From Octopus vulgaris (Eukaryota): 64,000 nt of DNA. Position 1 is the first letter of the stretch, and every line of letters starts with the position of its first letter. Shown in pieces: positions 40,606 through 53,650 of this stretch. Below the pieces are notes generated by a model. The model was not told the DNA's origin. It made no database searches and saw nothing but the letters and a program-made list of their open reading frames with translations. The position numbers and the translations under genes are program-made. The DNA lies in contig OX597815.1 in assembly GCA_951406725.2 (NCBI GenBank), forward strand, positions 124,372,001-124,436,000, given 5' to 3'.

Positions 40606-41944
40606 ATGACATATTAAATACTGTTAGAAAAGTTAGAGCGTCAGTCAAAGTACTTTGCAGTATTTGTTCCGGCTTTTTACCTACTGAGTTCGAATACTGC
40701 CGAGGTCAACATTTTCTTTCTTTCGATGTCGATAAAATAAAATACCAATAAAATATTAAGGTTAGTGCAATCAACTAATCGGCTATCCTCAAAATTTCTG
40801 TCCTTTTACCTAAATTAAGAACTGTTATTGTTTTGCTATTCATCCTATCGGGTCAATAAAAAAAAACTAATTGAGGGTTGTGGACCGGTGGAACTGTTAG
40901 AGTACTGGAAAAGATACCTTACAGTATTTGTTCCGGCTCTTTTTGCCTTGCGATGGTTCTAGTGTCAAACTATATCGGTTTTGTCTTTCCCCTGGAAACC
41001 ATCGGTTACAGGGACAGGAGAGACATGCATGAGCAACTGCTAGTCTTTAATAAAAGACCTTGCTCAGAACTGCAGCATTGCAGGAACTATTTAGCTGAAA
41101 AATATATAGTCAGCCTTGACCGAAGCGAACTCTAAATATATACATTAAAATATAGTGTAAGGTTTCTAAAGTATAACTGAGTATTATAAAATTGTAAATA
41201 AAATATTAGTGTTTACATATTCAATGCAAACCTCACTTTTACTTTCTTTTCCTATTCTTTTTCGAATACTGTTACAATATTCATTGACAAGACTAACGTT
41301 GAACTTACGATCATTTAGACTTACAAAACCCTAGAACCTTATCTTGTCCGAAGATCTATGTTTGTGTGAGTGCGGTTGTATACGTGTGAATGCATGCGTG
41401 TATGTATTTACGTACTTACGTATGTACGTACGTATGTATGTCGAATGTTGACGGCTCCAAGTTAAGTGTAAACTTAGACTATCCATGCCATATTACCTCA
41501 TTCCAACTTCCTCGCTCCATGTAATGAAATGTTTGTCTCCATCTGTAGAACAGTTGTTGCACCCTCAAGGCTCAGTGGGACATTTAGTTCATTGAAGAAG
41601 GAGTAGAGTAGAGGAGGTGTAGAGAAGACGGAGGGAAGAGGGCAATAAAGAAAAAAGTAAAATTAAAAACAAAAAAGTGAGATAAAATGAAATGGTAGTT
41701 GAGGGTACCGTATTGGAATTTTATAGGAACAAACAGGGTGATGGTAGTGATGATAGTTAGTGGTGAGAAAACGGAAACTAAGAAAGACAGAGTTGAATAT
41801 AGAATTGATAATGAAATGAAGAAAAATAGAATGAAAAACAGAGGAAAAGGGAAGAAAAAGGAGTCGGGGTGGAGTTGAGGGTGATGAAAAGGCGGAAGGA
41901 AGAAAAAAATGATGAAAAGAAGCCAAGTAAGTAAAAACTGAATA

Positions 41945-42017
<73 letters not shown>

Positions 42018-43314
42018 TTATTTACATACACACATACACACACAAACACACACACACACACAAACACAGACACACACACACATATATATATATATACACA
42101 TATATAAATAAAAGTGTATGTGTAAGAGAAAGATGGGGAGAACCGAAAAAAGAAAAACATAATTAGTCTAGCAAGAAAATTTGCTGACTGAACACAAGAC
42201 AAGCAGAGTGCTCACTGAGTGCAAAGTTAGAACAATGGAGTTAGGTAGTGCCATCTGCTGACCAGTGAAGAAGAAACGTGTGAAGGATGGTGGTCACCAC
42301 CAGTTTACAACCAAGAACTGTAGCAATAGACCGAGCTAATGGCTGTATACCAACATGGAACTCGACTTACTAGAAATAGAAGCTAAATATTTTTCCATTC
42401 GTATTTTATGTCTTAAACCTCGCAAAAAGCTAGAGAATATATTGAATAACATAGTGTGAGCCTCGTTATGTTTGTAAACAAAAAGAAATATCTAAATAAT
42501 TAAAAATAAACAGTATAGTTATGTTTAAAATGCATTGATAATATGATAAATCTAACTAACTATGTTAACATTACACTAACCAGCAGTAACAGTATCATAA
42601 GAATGAAGTCTATAGATTACATCAACTGACATTAACTTCAGCTTTGCTCCACAGTGGAATATGGTGAATTCTGACGGATTTATTCATTAACTTTGCGGAA
42701 CAAAATTGTAAATTAATATCAGAAAATATTTAGACTGCTTTAAGTATCATCAACTGATTTCAACCATTCAGGATTTAAAACCTTGTCAAGGACTAGATTT
42801 CACGATTTATGCGCTTCACAAGCCCAATCAACCATTTTTGTAGATTATAAGTTTGCCGATGCATAAATGTTTGCCCTCTCCACGCTGTCAATTTACAAAT
42901 CTTTCAAATAACGGATAAAGAATAATATTTCTGCCTTTTTTTTCAGAGGTATTAGCTGCAGAAACGATCGGGAAACTAAACAGATATGTGCACCACGATG
43001 TGAAGTGTAATATTTCCAAAATAAGCATAAAGCTACTACTGTCTGGAGAAAAACTGAAGTTGCCCATAGTACATAACTATTAATTACTGAATTAATGAGA
43101 AACGTTTGTGGGATATGAATCAAGAATTTGTTTTTAAAAGTAACTAAATACGTCGTGATAGTCTACCGATTCAGCCAACCCATACGTTCTTGTGTCAAAG
43201 CAATACTGAGAGCAATATTCAATATTTCAAATGTTTATGGCAATCTGAATTTCTAAAAGAGCCATCCAGTCTGTCTTCTCGACCCTGCATGTATTTATTT
43301 TATCCTTGAAAATA

Positions 43315-43680
43315 GGGCAGCGAGCCAACAGAATATTTAGAGCGTCGCAAACAATGCTTTGTGGTATTTCATCTGACTCTTTATGTTCTGAATTAAAATT
43401 CTGCTAAGGCCACCTTTATATTTCATCCTTCCTCGGTCGATAAAATAAAGTAGTAACTAGGTACTGGAGTTGATAGTGTTGACTTCCCCTTCTAAAAAGA
43501 TTGCTAGCCAGTTGCCTTAATCAGACACTATTCTTTCTGAGTTCAAATATCGCCAAGGCTAATTTTGCCTTTCATTCCTCTTGGATCGATAATATAAGAT
43601 ACTGATGAAATCCTGGGGATGATGGTGTTACCTTACCGCCTCCCCTCGAAACCCCACCGTTATACCTAAATTAGAAGTCG
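43315..43680 (+). mobile_element. Two decayed SINE family B units in tandem
   Basis: Diverged TTTCATCCTT..GGTCGATAAAATAA cores at ~43421 and ~43570. Confidence 0.65.
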
Positions 43681-43814
43681 TTTCACTTCTGAAATAATGT
43701 AAGTCAATGAAGCCGGGCAAGTTTTGAACTGAGATCATTGAAAGAGCAGACTAAACACTATAAACATTACCTTTTAAAAAGTTTTAATCACCTACTTGAA
43801 ATATATATAATCTT

Positions 43815-44026
43815 TTCTAATCAAGGCACAAGACCCGAATGTTTTTTTGAGGCGGGGGCAGTCGATTTGATCGACCCCAGTACGCAATTGGTACTTAATT
43901 TATCAGCTCCAAAAGGATGAAAGGCAAAGTCGATCTCGGCGGAGTTTGAACTCAGAACGTAAATACAGACGAAATACTGCTAAGCATTTCACCCGGCGTG
44001 CTAACGTTTCTGCTAGCTCGCCGCCT
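43815..44026 (-). mobile_element. SINE family B
   Basis: Reverse complement of head and core. Confidence 0.85.
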
Positions 44027-44256
44027 TCTTGACGTATATCTAATGATAGTTTCTAACAATTTTGATGGTTTCAAACAATTTTGATGGGAGGGTTTTAGTC
44101 GATACCATTAATTTTTATACTTGAATGACACTTTATTTTAACGACTCTGAAAAGATAAAAGACAATGTCAGGGTTAGTGGGACTTGATCTCAGAACAAAT
44201 ACTGCAAAGCGTTTTTACGACGCTCTAACGATTTTGTCAATTCGCCACTCTGTGTT

Positions 44257-44332
<76 letters not shown>

Positions 44333-44756
44333 CGCGCGTATGTTTATATATATATAGTACAAGCCAGGGACGATTCGTGTATACGGGTTTCTGGCTTCCG
44401 AGAAATAAAGGCTATGTCTCCCTAAAAATAACACCCTATCTTGAAATAAAGACAAACAGGTTAATGTGATGTTAGACATATTCTGTCTGAAAAAAAGCTG
44501 AGTAGTCACAGCCGAAGATTTTATTTGTTCTTATTTTTTATGCATAGATTTGTATGATCAGAATTGACCTCAGGTTAAGCAACCGCATCAACATAAAACG
44601 TCCTCCATTACGTAATAGCTGTCTCTTAGCTCCAATTTCCTGCTGTTTTGTCTGTTGTTATACATTAGATGCAAGCTAAGGGCTATAAAAATCTCTATGT
44701 AGTTAACACATGGTGACACTAGTAACAAGTCATTTCCTTACTAATGTGCAGACGCA

Positions 44757-45415
44757 TGCTGGAAGAGTCGTTAGTGCATTAGACTAAATGCATAGCCACT
44801 TCTACTGTTTAGGTTTTGAGCTCAAATCTCATCGAGGTCAGCTTTGCCTTCCATCCTTTCGAAGTCGATAAAGTAAGAACCGTCTTAGCACTGAGATCGA
44901 TATAGTTAACTGTATCCACCACCACCTAAATTTAATGGTCTTATGCTAAAAGTTGTAACTATTTAGGCGGCGATCTGATAGAATCGTAAGTGCATTCACT
45001 TGTTTAGCGGCATTTTGTCCGACTTTGTGTTCTGAGTTCAAATCCCACTGAGGTCTGCTTTACCTTTCATCCTTTCGGGGTCGATGAAATAAGTACCAGT
45101 TGAGCACAGGGGTTGATGCAATGAAGTGGTCCCTTCCCCCAAAATTTCAGGCATTGCGCCTATAGTGTAAAAGAATTATTATTATCATGACTAAGTCAAA
45201 TTCAACCGAGGTCAACATTTCCTTTTATCCTTTCGGAATCAATAAAATAAGTACCAGTTGAATACTGGGGCTGATGTAATCGATTTAGACCCTCCCCCCA
45301 AATTGCTAGCTTTGTACCAAAATTTGAAACCAATATTATTATGGGATTAATGTAACCGACTAGTCCCGTCCTCCAAAATTTCAAGTCTTCTGTCTATAGG
45401 AGAAAGGATTATTAT
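44757..45415 (+). mobile_element. Array of about four SINE family B units/fragments followed by (ATT)n
   Basis: Repeated core at ~44840, 45060 and 45220 and tails joined by ATTATT. Confidence 0.78.
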
Positions 45416-45418
45416 TAA

Positions 45419-45472
<54 letters not shown>

Positions 45473-48400
45473 CATTATTATTATTATTATTTCACTCAGT
45501 TCTATGATTTGATATTATTACAGTAACGAGCGTCGCCATGAGATGATAATTTTCTCGTGAGCCAAGAACTTACACTCCCTTTCGGTTCCCATCTGGAAAC
45601 AATATATTTCTTTTATGTCACTCGTATCTTACGAAATGACATCAAGCATACTAAATTGTCCCTCCTATGTATATTTTCAGTAGAACTTCTTCCACTGATG
45701 GAAAATGCAGATTTACAATTTTTCAATTGTTTTGGTAGATTTGAATCCATTTCCTTTTGTTGGAAGATTGATATATTTATAGAGATGCAGATGTGACAGG
45801 ATTACTGAAACCGCAAGTTCAACTCCGTAACAGGTAGTTCTGATATGGATACTATTGTAGTGAAACTTACTAGTGATACATGGAATATTCATGTCGTATA
45901 TTTAATGTGACAAATTAACAAACCGTTCTGCGGTCCTTGAAGTTCCTCAAAGGATTGACATATGTGTATATATATAATAAACAACCTCTTTGTCTGCCAT
46001 ACTTACGAATTGAACATTAATACACTATATGAACATCTGTATGTATCTCATTTATGTTTCTATACGTGAATTTTGCAATTTAATGGTTTTCCGCCAGAAA
46101 TTCCGACCACGACTTTTCAGCTGTTCACTCATCTGAACCACCCTGCCCAAAAATTAACATGTAAGAGGCTGAATCTACAGAAACGTCTACTTTAAACGTA
46201 ATTCTCAGGTGGATTCCGTGTGACACAATCTGACAAGGTCGAACCTTTGAATTACATATATAATCCATCCAACGAGCTTCTACATATTTCCGAATTCTGC
46301 CTAAAAGTCACGAATAAAAGACACTGGGTAAGTTCTAATCCATTGCTTGGCATCTTAACCAAGTGTATTTTAGCATAACCTTGATACTATATCAGCCTTC
46401 TAAGTAAAATTGGGTAAACGGCAGCTGTGAAGGTCACTCAGATGATATGTACCTAAAACCCGGACTTGCAATTGTGTTACATATTGTGTCAAGCTATAAA
46501 GCTATCTGTGGAATACCCAAGTACTTTCACGCTAATTCAACAGTAGAGAGAGCAACTGAACGAATAGCTACTTGTTCATCGTTCAAATAGACGAAAAACC
46601 TATCATCATCATCATCATCGTAATGCTGTAGCAGTAAATATAACGGTGAGCTGATAAATATATACCGTTTATAGAGGACTTTAGTAATATCTGTCATAGA
46701 GTCCATGATGTTGGTCACATTTAATTTCAATCCACAATTGAACAATTCTTAACTATTACAGAAATCAAATGCAGATGTCTATCTACTGGAAAAAAATCAT
46801 GTTAGTTGTGTGTAGTCGTAAAAACCATTTAAAAACCTTCACACTAAATCAAAGATAAAGCACTAAGCAGCTCAAGATTGTGACTGATTCTGGGTGAAAA
46901 AGAAAGAGATTAGGGGTAGTGTGATGATAGATCTGGAAAAATACTATACAGAAAAAAGTGGGGAATGGTTTTAGAGGGGTATGTAAAATGTGTTCGTCTT
47001 CCTCTATCTATCTATCTACATATACTTAATTTAAAAAAAAATTAAGTTATTACCTATTGAAACATTTTTTATTGAATGGATTTCCTTTATAGAAATTCAT
47101 TCCTAGAGAACTGAGATAAGAAATGATAAAAAAATAAGAATGAGGTATTCCGATACATTCTGATTGGATCCATTTAAATTTAATGGTATTCTGGTTGAAT
47201 TATTCATGCTCTAATTTGAAAGTAAAGGAATTGAAATTAGAACGAAATAAAGTCTCACTGTAGATGAAATAAAAATATAGATACATTCTTTGTATACTAT
47301 TTATGTGTAGGAAAAGAGAGGGGTAATCTCTTGACGCATCATTTCACGGTTTGTTGAGCGTTCCTCAGAAAAGAACTACCTGGCTTCCCCCACCCCCAAT
47401 CAACTGCTTAGAACATTAATCTAGCAGTCATATCTTAGTGTAGCACTGTACCGGATAGTCCAGTTTATGTACTTGTGCTTTTGTCGGTTCATCATTAATT
47501 AAGCAATATCGATTTTGCGCACAACACAGTTTAAAATCAAATCAACTGAAATTAATTTAAGTATTGCAAACCTTCACCGTATGTGTAATATGAATGTAGA
47601 GACATTCCTTAGACACATTCCTTATGCGCAATTGAAACACGGAAAAAGAATGAAAACATCTTGACAAACAGTCTCATCGTTTCTTGACAACTTAGTGAAG
47701 ATATACCGTCTTCGTTTCCCAGAGTGTCTGTCAGAAAACTCCCTGCCTCTTTTTAGGCACATCAATAGCAAAGAAAGAATTTATTTACTTATAATTTCAG
47801 CCAAAGTAATGCTTTGTAATATTCTTTTACTTGTTTCATCTCGAGAGCCATAGTCATGTCGGGGATTATAAATAAGTTTATTTCAATTCTTCCGATTTAT
47901 GTGTTGTGCATAAAATAGAGATTGAAGCCTAAAGTTCTTAATCATGATAAAGGCGTTAATTAAAACATCGTGTTAAGACCATTTCTAATTGTATCTAGGG
48001 AGATTAGTTCAGTTCTCTCAAATCCAGAAGATTCACTAATAAGTATAATTTGTGACTACACTAATAATATACCGTAACTGGTTTGGTCTCAGACATCATT
48101 GAAAGCTTCGTAAATTAGCGGAAGAAAGGAAATATTTATATCTACTTCGAAGCTCAAACCTTAAACTTAAAACTTTAAATTGCCATTCAGGTGGGAAAAT
48201 ATTAAAAAGCATATTCAGCTATGTTATTTTCAAGATCTTCTCTGCTTAAACTCATATGACGTGGATGAATATTAAACTGGTGCCTTGAAGAATAATGTCA
48301 TACAGCTTTGTGAGTGTATTTTATATAAGAGACAAAGAGAGAAAGAAAAGAAAAAACAAGGAAGAGAAGAAGGAGACAGAAGATGGAGAAAATGAGATAA

Positions 48401-50069
48401 AGAGGGGTAAAACGTGAATGTGGCGAAATATTTACACCTTCATATTTAGCAAGCATACCTTTATCGTAAACGTAAGTTTTCTTTGTGTTATATATAAAAT
48501 ATACATCTAACCGCTGTTAAGTTTACCTAAAAAATCGGTGTTTCGATCCGGTTTCTGAAAAGTCAGGAAAGGAGGACAAATCATGCTAATGAATGTTTTC
48601 CACAAAACCACGATCCGGAGCAATAGAGAATTAATTAGTCTGAGTAGATAATAATGTGGAATCTTCAGGTGATTGAACTCATGATCACTGAATAATCAAT
48701 TGAATATTTTTGATTACTAGATCATTTCACCTCATTCATGCACAGTGCAATTCAAAAATATTTTCGTTACAATAGTCTTATTGTCTACATATAAGCGAGT
48801 AACATACCTGCACGATAAAGGTGAAGGTATGTTAAATGCCATGACACTGAGTACGAAAGTGTGGATTGCTTACTTTCTCAACAGTTCCAAAACATATATT
48901 TGTCTATGAACTACTGTGGTTGGTTTGGCACACATTCATAATCAACAAGTTATATTCATAAAGTACTTGGAAATCGTCAACCTAGTTTCTCTCCCTTCAC
49001 ACACTTCCTTCCGTCTTTCTTACTACAATTACTAGTGGGTCAACTCATTTGTGTAGAAATGAATACATACATGAGAATCGCTTTTTTTTTAGGAAAGAAA
49101 ATAAATTTTCTGTGAAAGGTAAGCAATAATAATATGAAAAGTAGAATTTAATGAGTCTATTAGAAACTCGGTAACAAAAAAAGGACTAAGCTTACATCTG
49201 AGAGTATGTGCGTATTTGTATTTATTTATAGGTGAATTTAAGTGTGCTTTTATGTGAATATATTTAGCGTTAAAAGAAGTGATGAATGAAGTAACGAGCA
49301 AGTTCTTTATAAATTTCGTTGAGGCTCACAATCCAATTATCAGATTTAGAACATAGATTCAAGTTTGTTTTATAAGTGTTTGTTGTACCAAGAGAACTAA
49401 CGGGTCAGTCGATGTTAGAAATAGAGTTTCTGCTAGTTATGTTGTCCAGCAGGTTATTTCCCACAAATTTAACAGTCTGCTCATCTTTCAAATGAGGTAC
49501 TTACATCATAAACCCACCTTCTACCTCCTTGATCGTATGCCTGTTAAACTTTCAATCTATCTGGTTGTCAGGCTATCTGTCTGAGTATAACATCGAGTAC
49601 CTAGAAAATTACTTCTGTGCCTGAGCATTAAGAATTATTATAAATATCTACCTATAGTTCAAACACTTGCAAATTGTTTAAACAGGCTACTAGAGAAGAT
49701 ATTTCAAGAAACTCATACGGACAGTGTTATCAGAACAAATGGATCAGTATATATGTACGTGTATATGTGTAAATAGGGTAAATGATAGATATGCAGAAAG
49801 CAAAAGAGGGAGAAAATACAAAGAGGAAGAAAAGAATAGATTCATTTCAATATACTTTTTGAGATATTTATGACTTCAGGATTATATATTTAAAAGCAAA
49901 TAATAAATAAATATAAAAAAAATACACACTTATTTACACACAGATGCATTCATAAATACAAACATAAAAAAGAAAATTTAGGTAAAAGCCAATAGTAAGT
50001 AATTCACCGACTTTGGTACAACAGACAGGTTAACTTTACAAAGGTCTACAGATCCAGACAAGTTAGGTC

Positions 50070-50105
50070 ACTTACCTAGAAAGAGAGAAAAAGAAAGAAA
50101 TTATT
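50070..50105 (-). promoter_or_regulatory. Candidate recursive splice site (3'SS immediately followed by 5'SS)
   Basis: Minus strand reads TTTAATAA-TTTCTTTCTTTTTCTCTCTTTC-TAG|GTAAGT. Confidence 0.4.
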
Positions 50106-50663
50106 AAATCTCCTGTGTAATGAAAGAGAATAACATTTTTACAACTTTTTACATAAGCACAAGACGTAAAGTTTATAAGAGGGAACGAAGAGTATTCTTT
50201 AACGTTAACGCATTTCTCAAGGACGTGAGCGATATAAATGAAGTGAAATGTTCCTCACTGGAAAAAAAAGTGAGCCATAGAAGACTTACCTCAACCAGAT
50301 TATTGATTTAGTTACAGCAAGCACTTAGCATACCAAGATTGTAAATTTAAAGCAAGTCCCAATATAGGCCTTTTCATTTGAATTACAGTTACTACATTGA
50401 TGATTTCGATCGAGCAATGTTTCCCCTATGCAGCCGCTCGGTTTGCTAGAAATAAGGGCCAAATATTTCTTAAATCACATGAAAGATGTTATATGAAAAC
50501 ATAATAATATGATCATGAAAATACGTTCGTTTCATTCTCTGTTACCATATCAGAAACAAAACGTGTCAAACCGACTTCAAACGCCTTCAGCAGATCTGAG
50601 CAAATCGGCTGTCATCTACCGAGTATCTCTCATTGCACACGCTTTCCAATATCCCAATAGTTT

Positions 50664-51082
50664 AGGGTGGCGATCTGGCAGAAACGTTAGCACGCCGGGC
50701 GAAATGCTTAGCGGTATTTTGTCTGCTGTTACGTTCTGAGTTCAAATTCCGCCGAGGTCGACTTTGCCTTTCATCCTTTCGGGGTCGATAAATTAAGTAC
50801 CAGTTACGCACTGGGGTCGATATAATCGACTTAATTCGTTTGTCTGTCTTTGTTTTTTCCTCTCTGTGTTTAGCCCCTTGTGGGTAGTAAAGAAATAGGT
50901 ATTTTGTCTGCCGTTATGTTCTGAGTTCAAATTCCGCCGAGGTCGACTTTGCCTTTCATCCTTTCGGGGTCGATTAAATAAGTACCAGTTACGCGCTGGG
51001 GTCGATGTAATTGAATTAATCCGTTTGCCTGTCCTTTTTTGTTCCCTCAATGTTTGCCCCCTGTGAGCAATAAAGAAATAAA
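50664..51082 (+). mobile_element. Dimeric SINE family B
   Basis: Full monomer followed by a second unit starting at GGTATTTTGTCTG, the same junction as at ~31297. Confidence 0.9.
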
Positions 51083-53519
51083 TACCTTAATACTTTACCA
51101 TCCTCTATAATATATTGTGACTACTGCCTAATCTTACAGCAAACACGTCTGATGCAAGTTGCGTTCGCAGTTGAACAATTCCCCTTCTTTGTACTATATT
51201 CATCTCTGCAAAAAGTTTTTGGTTTAGGTCTAAGATATGAACAATTTTTATTCGTATATACATGTTAATCGATCTTAGCTGATTCCTGGTGAGAGACAAA
51301 CCTCATAAATATTTTATCTGCAGTCACGAAATGTATGTCGGTAATTTGATAGAGGACCAAAATAAGCGTAGTAACAAATGCGTGAACAAAGTCGCGCACG
51401 CACAATATCCTGATCATATAATTTCATAGACTCATACACACACATATCAAAATACGCTTTTAAAGTGATTTGAATTTTTGGTTAATGTCCGGTGTAATAA
51501 AGAAAAACCGTTACACTTGGTTTGAGGAAAAGCTATGTCAGACCTTTCCACTTTCCACTTTAATAAACAGTGTCAAAGTAGTGCATATATATATATTTAT
51601 GAACCGAAAGGTAAGGACTATACTAGTTGGTATTGCTTATCATCAGATGAGCTATGAACGCGCAAAACTATTATTAAAGGGATTCCAACTGTGACCATCC
51701 TTTCTTTTACTATGTGCAAGAAAACCAAAATCATCTTATCTAATGTGCCTTTTTCTAAGACCTCAGGTCGTGTGTTTAGGTAGATTTGGTTACTACTTTT
51801 AGCCTGTTGAAGATCCTAAAGCGCTGATATTTAGATCCTCCTATTCAAATCACCTTATCGTTATGGTTGAAGAACTTCTAATATCCTTTTATTAACACGT
51901 CAGTAGAATAGCAGAAACGGTTGAATGGTAGAATCTATTTAGTTACAACTAATTTCTTTCGAAGTTAAAATCTTTAAAATATATCAATGATGTGTTAAAA
52001 CAACATTTTTCTCATGGTTTATTGAGTTTGGGACAACATGCTATCTCTGGATACAAAAGGTGAAAAACATGTTAAAATTTCACTTTCATGCTTTCGTAAA
52101 AGTTATTATAAACGAAATGAAATTTCTTTAACTGGGAATCGAAACTAAGCCACATTAAGAACTGTTTCCACTAGTGAATTTACTATGTCATCTGCGTATA
52201 AAGATATTCGTAATGATCCCTTTCGACTAGGTATCAGTACTATTCATTTTAAGGGAAGCAAAACACATGCAATATGACAATCATCCTTTCCAAACTAACC
52301 GCGTATATGAAGTCAACTTGGGTTGACCGAAAATTAAAACCAAATTTTAATCTAGACCCGATGATAACTTACTTCTCTTGTTTTGGCATTTAGTAAAAAA
52401 ATTGAAGTGATGACTTCTTCTATTTGCAAAATATGAACATGTTTATAATGAGTTACAAACCTCTATAACTGATTAGATTGATACCTTTCATAATACATCA
52501 AATGATTTAGTTGAAAAGCAAAGCCACTCACAGAATGATCAGAACTCAAGAACGAAACCAATTAGTGTTAGTCATTTAATCATTTAACCTGCTGCGCAAC
52601 CATTCAGCTTAGCTAACGACTGAGAATTTGTAATGATAAAGGCTACAGACTGTAGACGGAGAGTAAGATCAATTGAATCTACCTCGTTATTTATACCATC
52701 TTTTTATGGAGGCACTGGGGGTAGATGTGGAAGCTTTATGTAGAGATGTAGCAAAGTTCTAAAACCATATTAGTCCGGTAATCTTCCGTTCCTACGAACG
52801 TTACTGTCCTCAAGTCAGTGTTTATAGAGAAAACTGTATTCAAAGGTATTCTATTTGTGATCATCATCTTTTTATAGACATAGGTCATTGCAGGCTACAT
52901 TATTTAGTAAGTTCTTTTATTTTCTTTCAAAAACCGGTAGACTGTGACATCAGAAAAACGAGAGAGAAAGAAAATGAGGAGGTGAAGGGAGAGAAAATGC
53001 ATACATGTATTTATACCTGTATATATTTTTCTGTAGAAAAAAGCGATATATATGTATCTGAGAGAGGAAATAAACGAAAGGAAGTAGCATTATTGCAATT
53101 TCATTGGAATTACGTGCATTTAATAAAGGTTTGGGTCGGCTCCATACATATGTAAAGTTTAGTGGATTTAGAACACGTCCACATCATCAGACGTTCGCAG
53201 ACATGACATGAAACTTTAAAGAATATAGAACTATGTATACCACAGTTTATGAATCTTATCGGGATGTTTGGGGGATTATCCCAGTTTTTATGTGTCAAGC
53301 AGCTGAAAACCTTTCACATTGTGTAAGTCAAAAGAAAGCTTATGCCATCAGTTTGCGTATAGCGGGTTACTTTAACCCAGCACAACATTATAACGAAGCA
53401 TCCGACCAATTTTGAAATGCTAACAGCACTCGTTGCGAATTATTCATTCTGCATTGTAGAACGGAGTACTCCTTTTATCTGTTTTGATCATAGGAGTACT
53501 TTTTAATCTGCTTTGATCA

Positions 53520-53650
53520 TGCACTGCTTTGTTGGATTTCTCGATCAAGCCAACCTCAGTACTTATTTTACGTCTGCTATTTATTCTATCGGTTCTTCAT
53601 TAGGAACGCCAGTTGCCAAACGGTGCGAGACAGATATAAACACACATACA
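53520..53650 (-). mobile_element. 3' half of an old SINE family A copy (other half at 56402-56520), split by the Penelope insertion
   Basis: TATTCTATCGGTTCTTC..GAACGC resembles family A TATTCTATCGGTCTCTTTTGCCGAACCGC; ends at a short (CA)n. Confidence 0.55.

Noticed and set aside
43730-43752. TGAGATCATTG resembling bantam miRNA
   Set aside because: The 3' half does not match bantam, and only ~7 bp pair with the upstream arm, so no pre-miRNA hairpin.
53513-53650. N-terminal ~46 aa of the 631-aa ORF as a real start
   Set aside because: Non-ATG start; the sequence is decayed SINE/flank DNA read in frame by chance; PLE homology begins only at ~53651.
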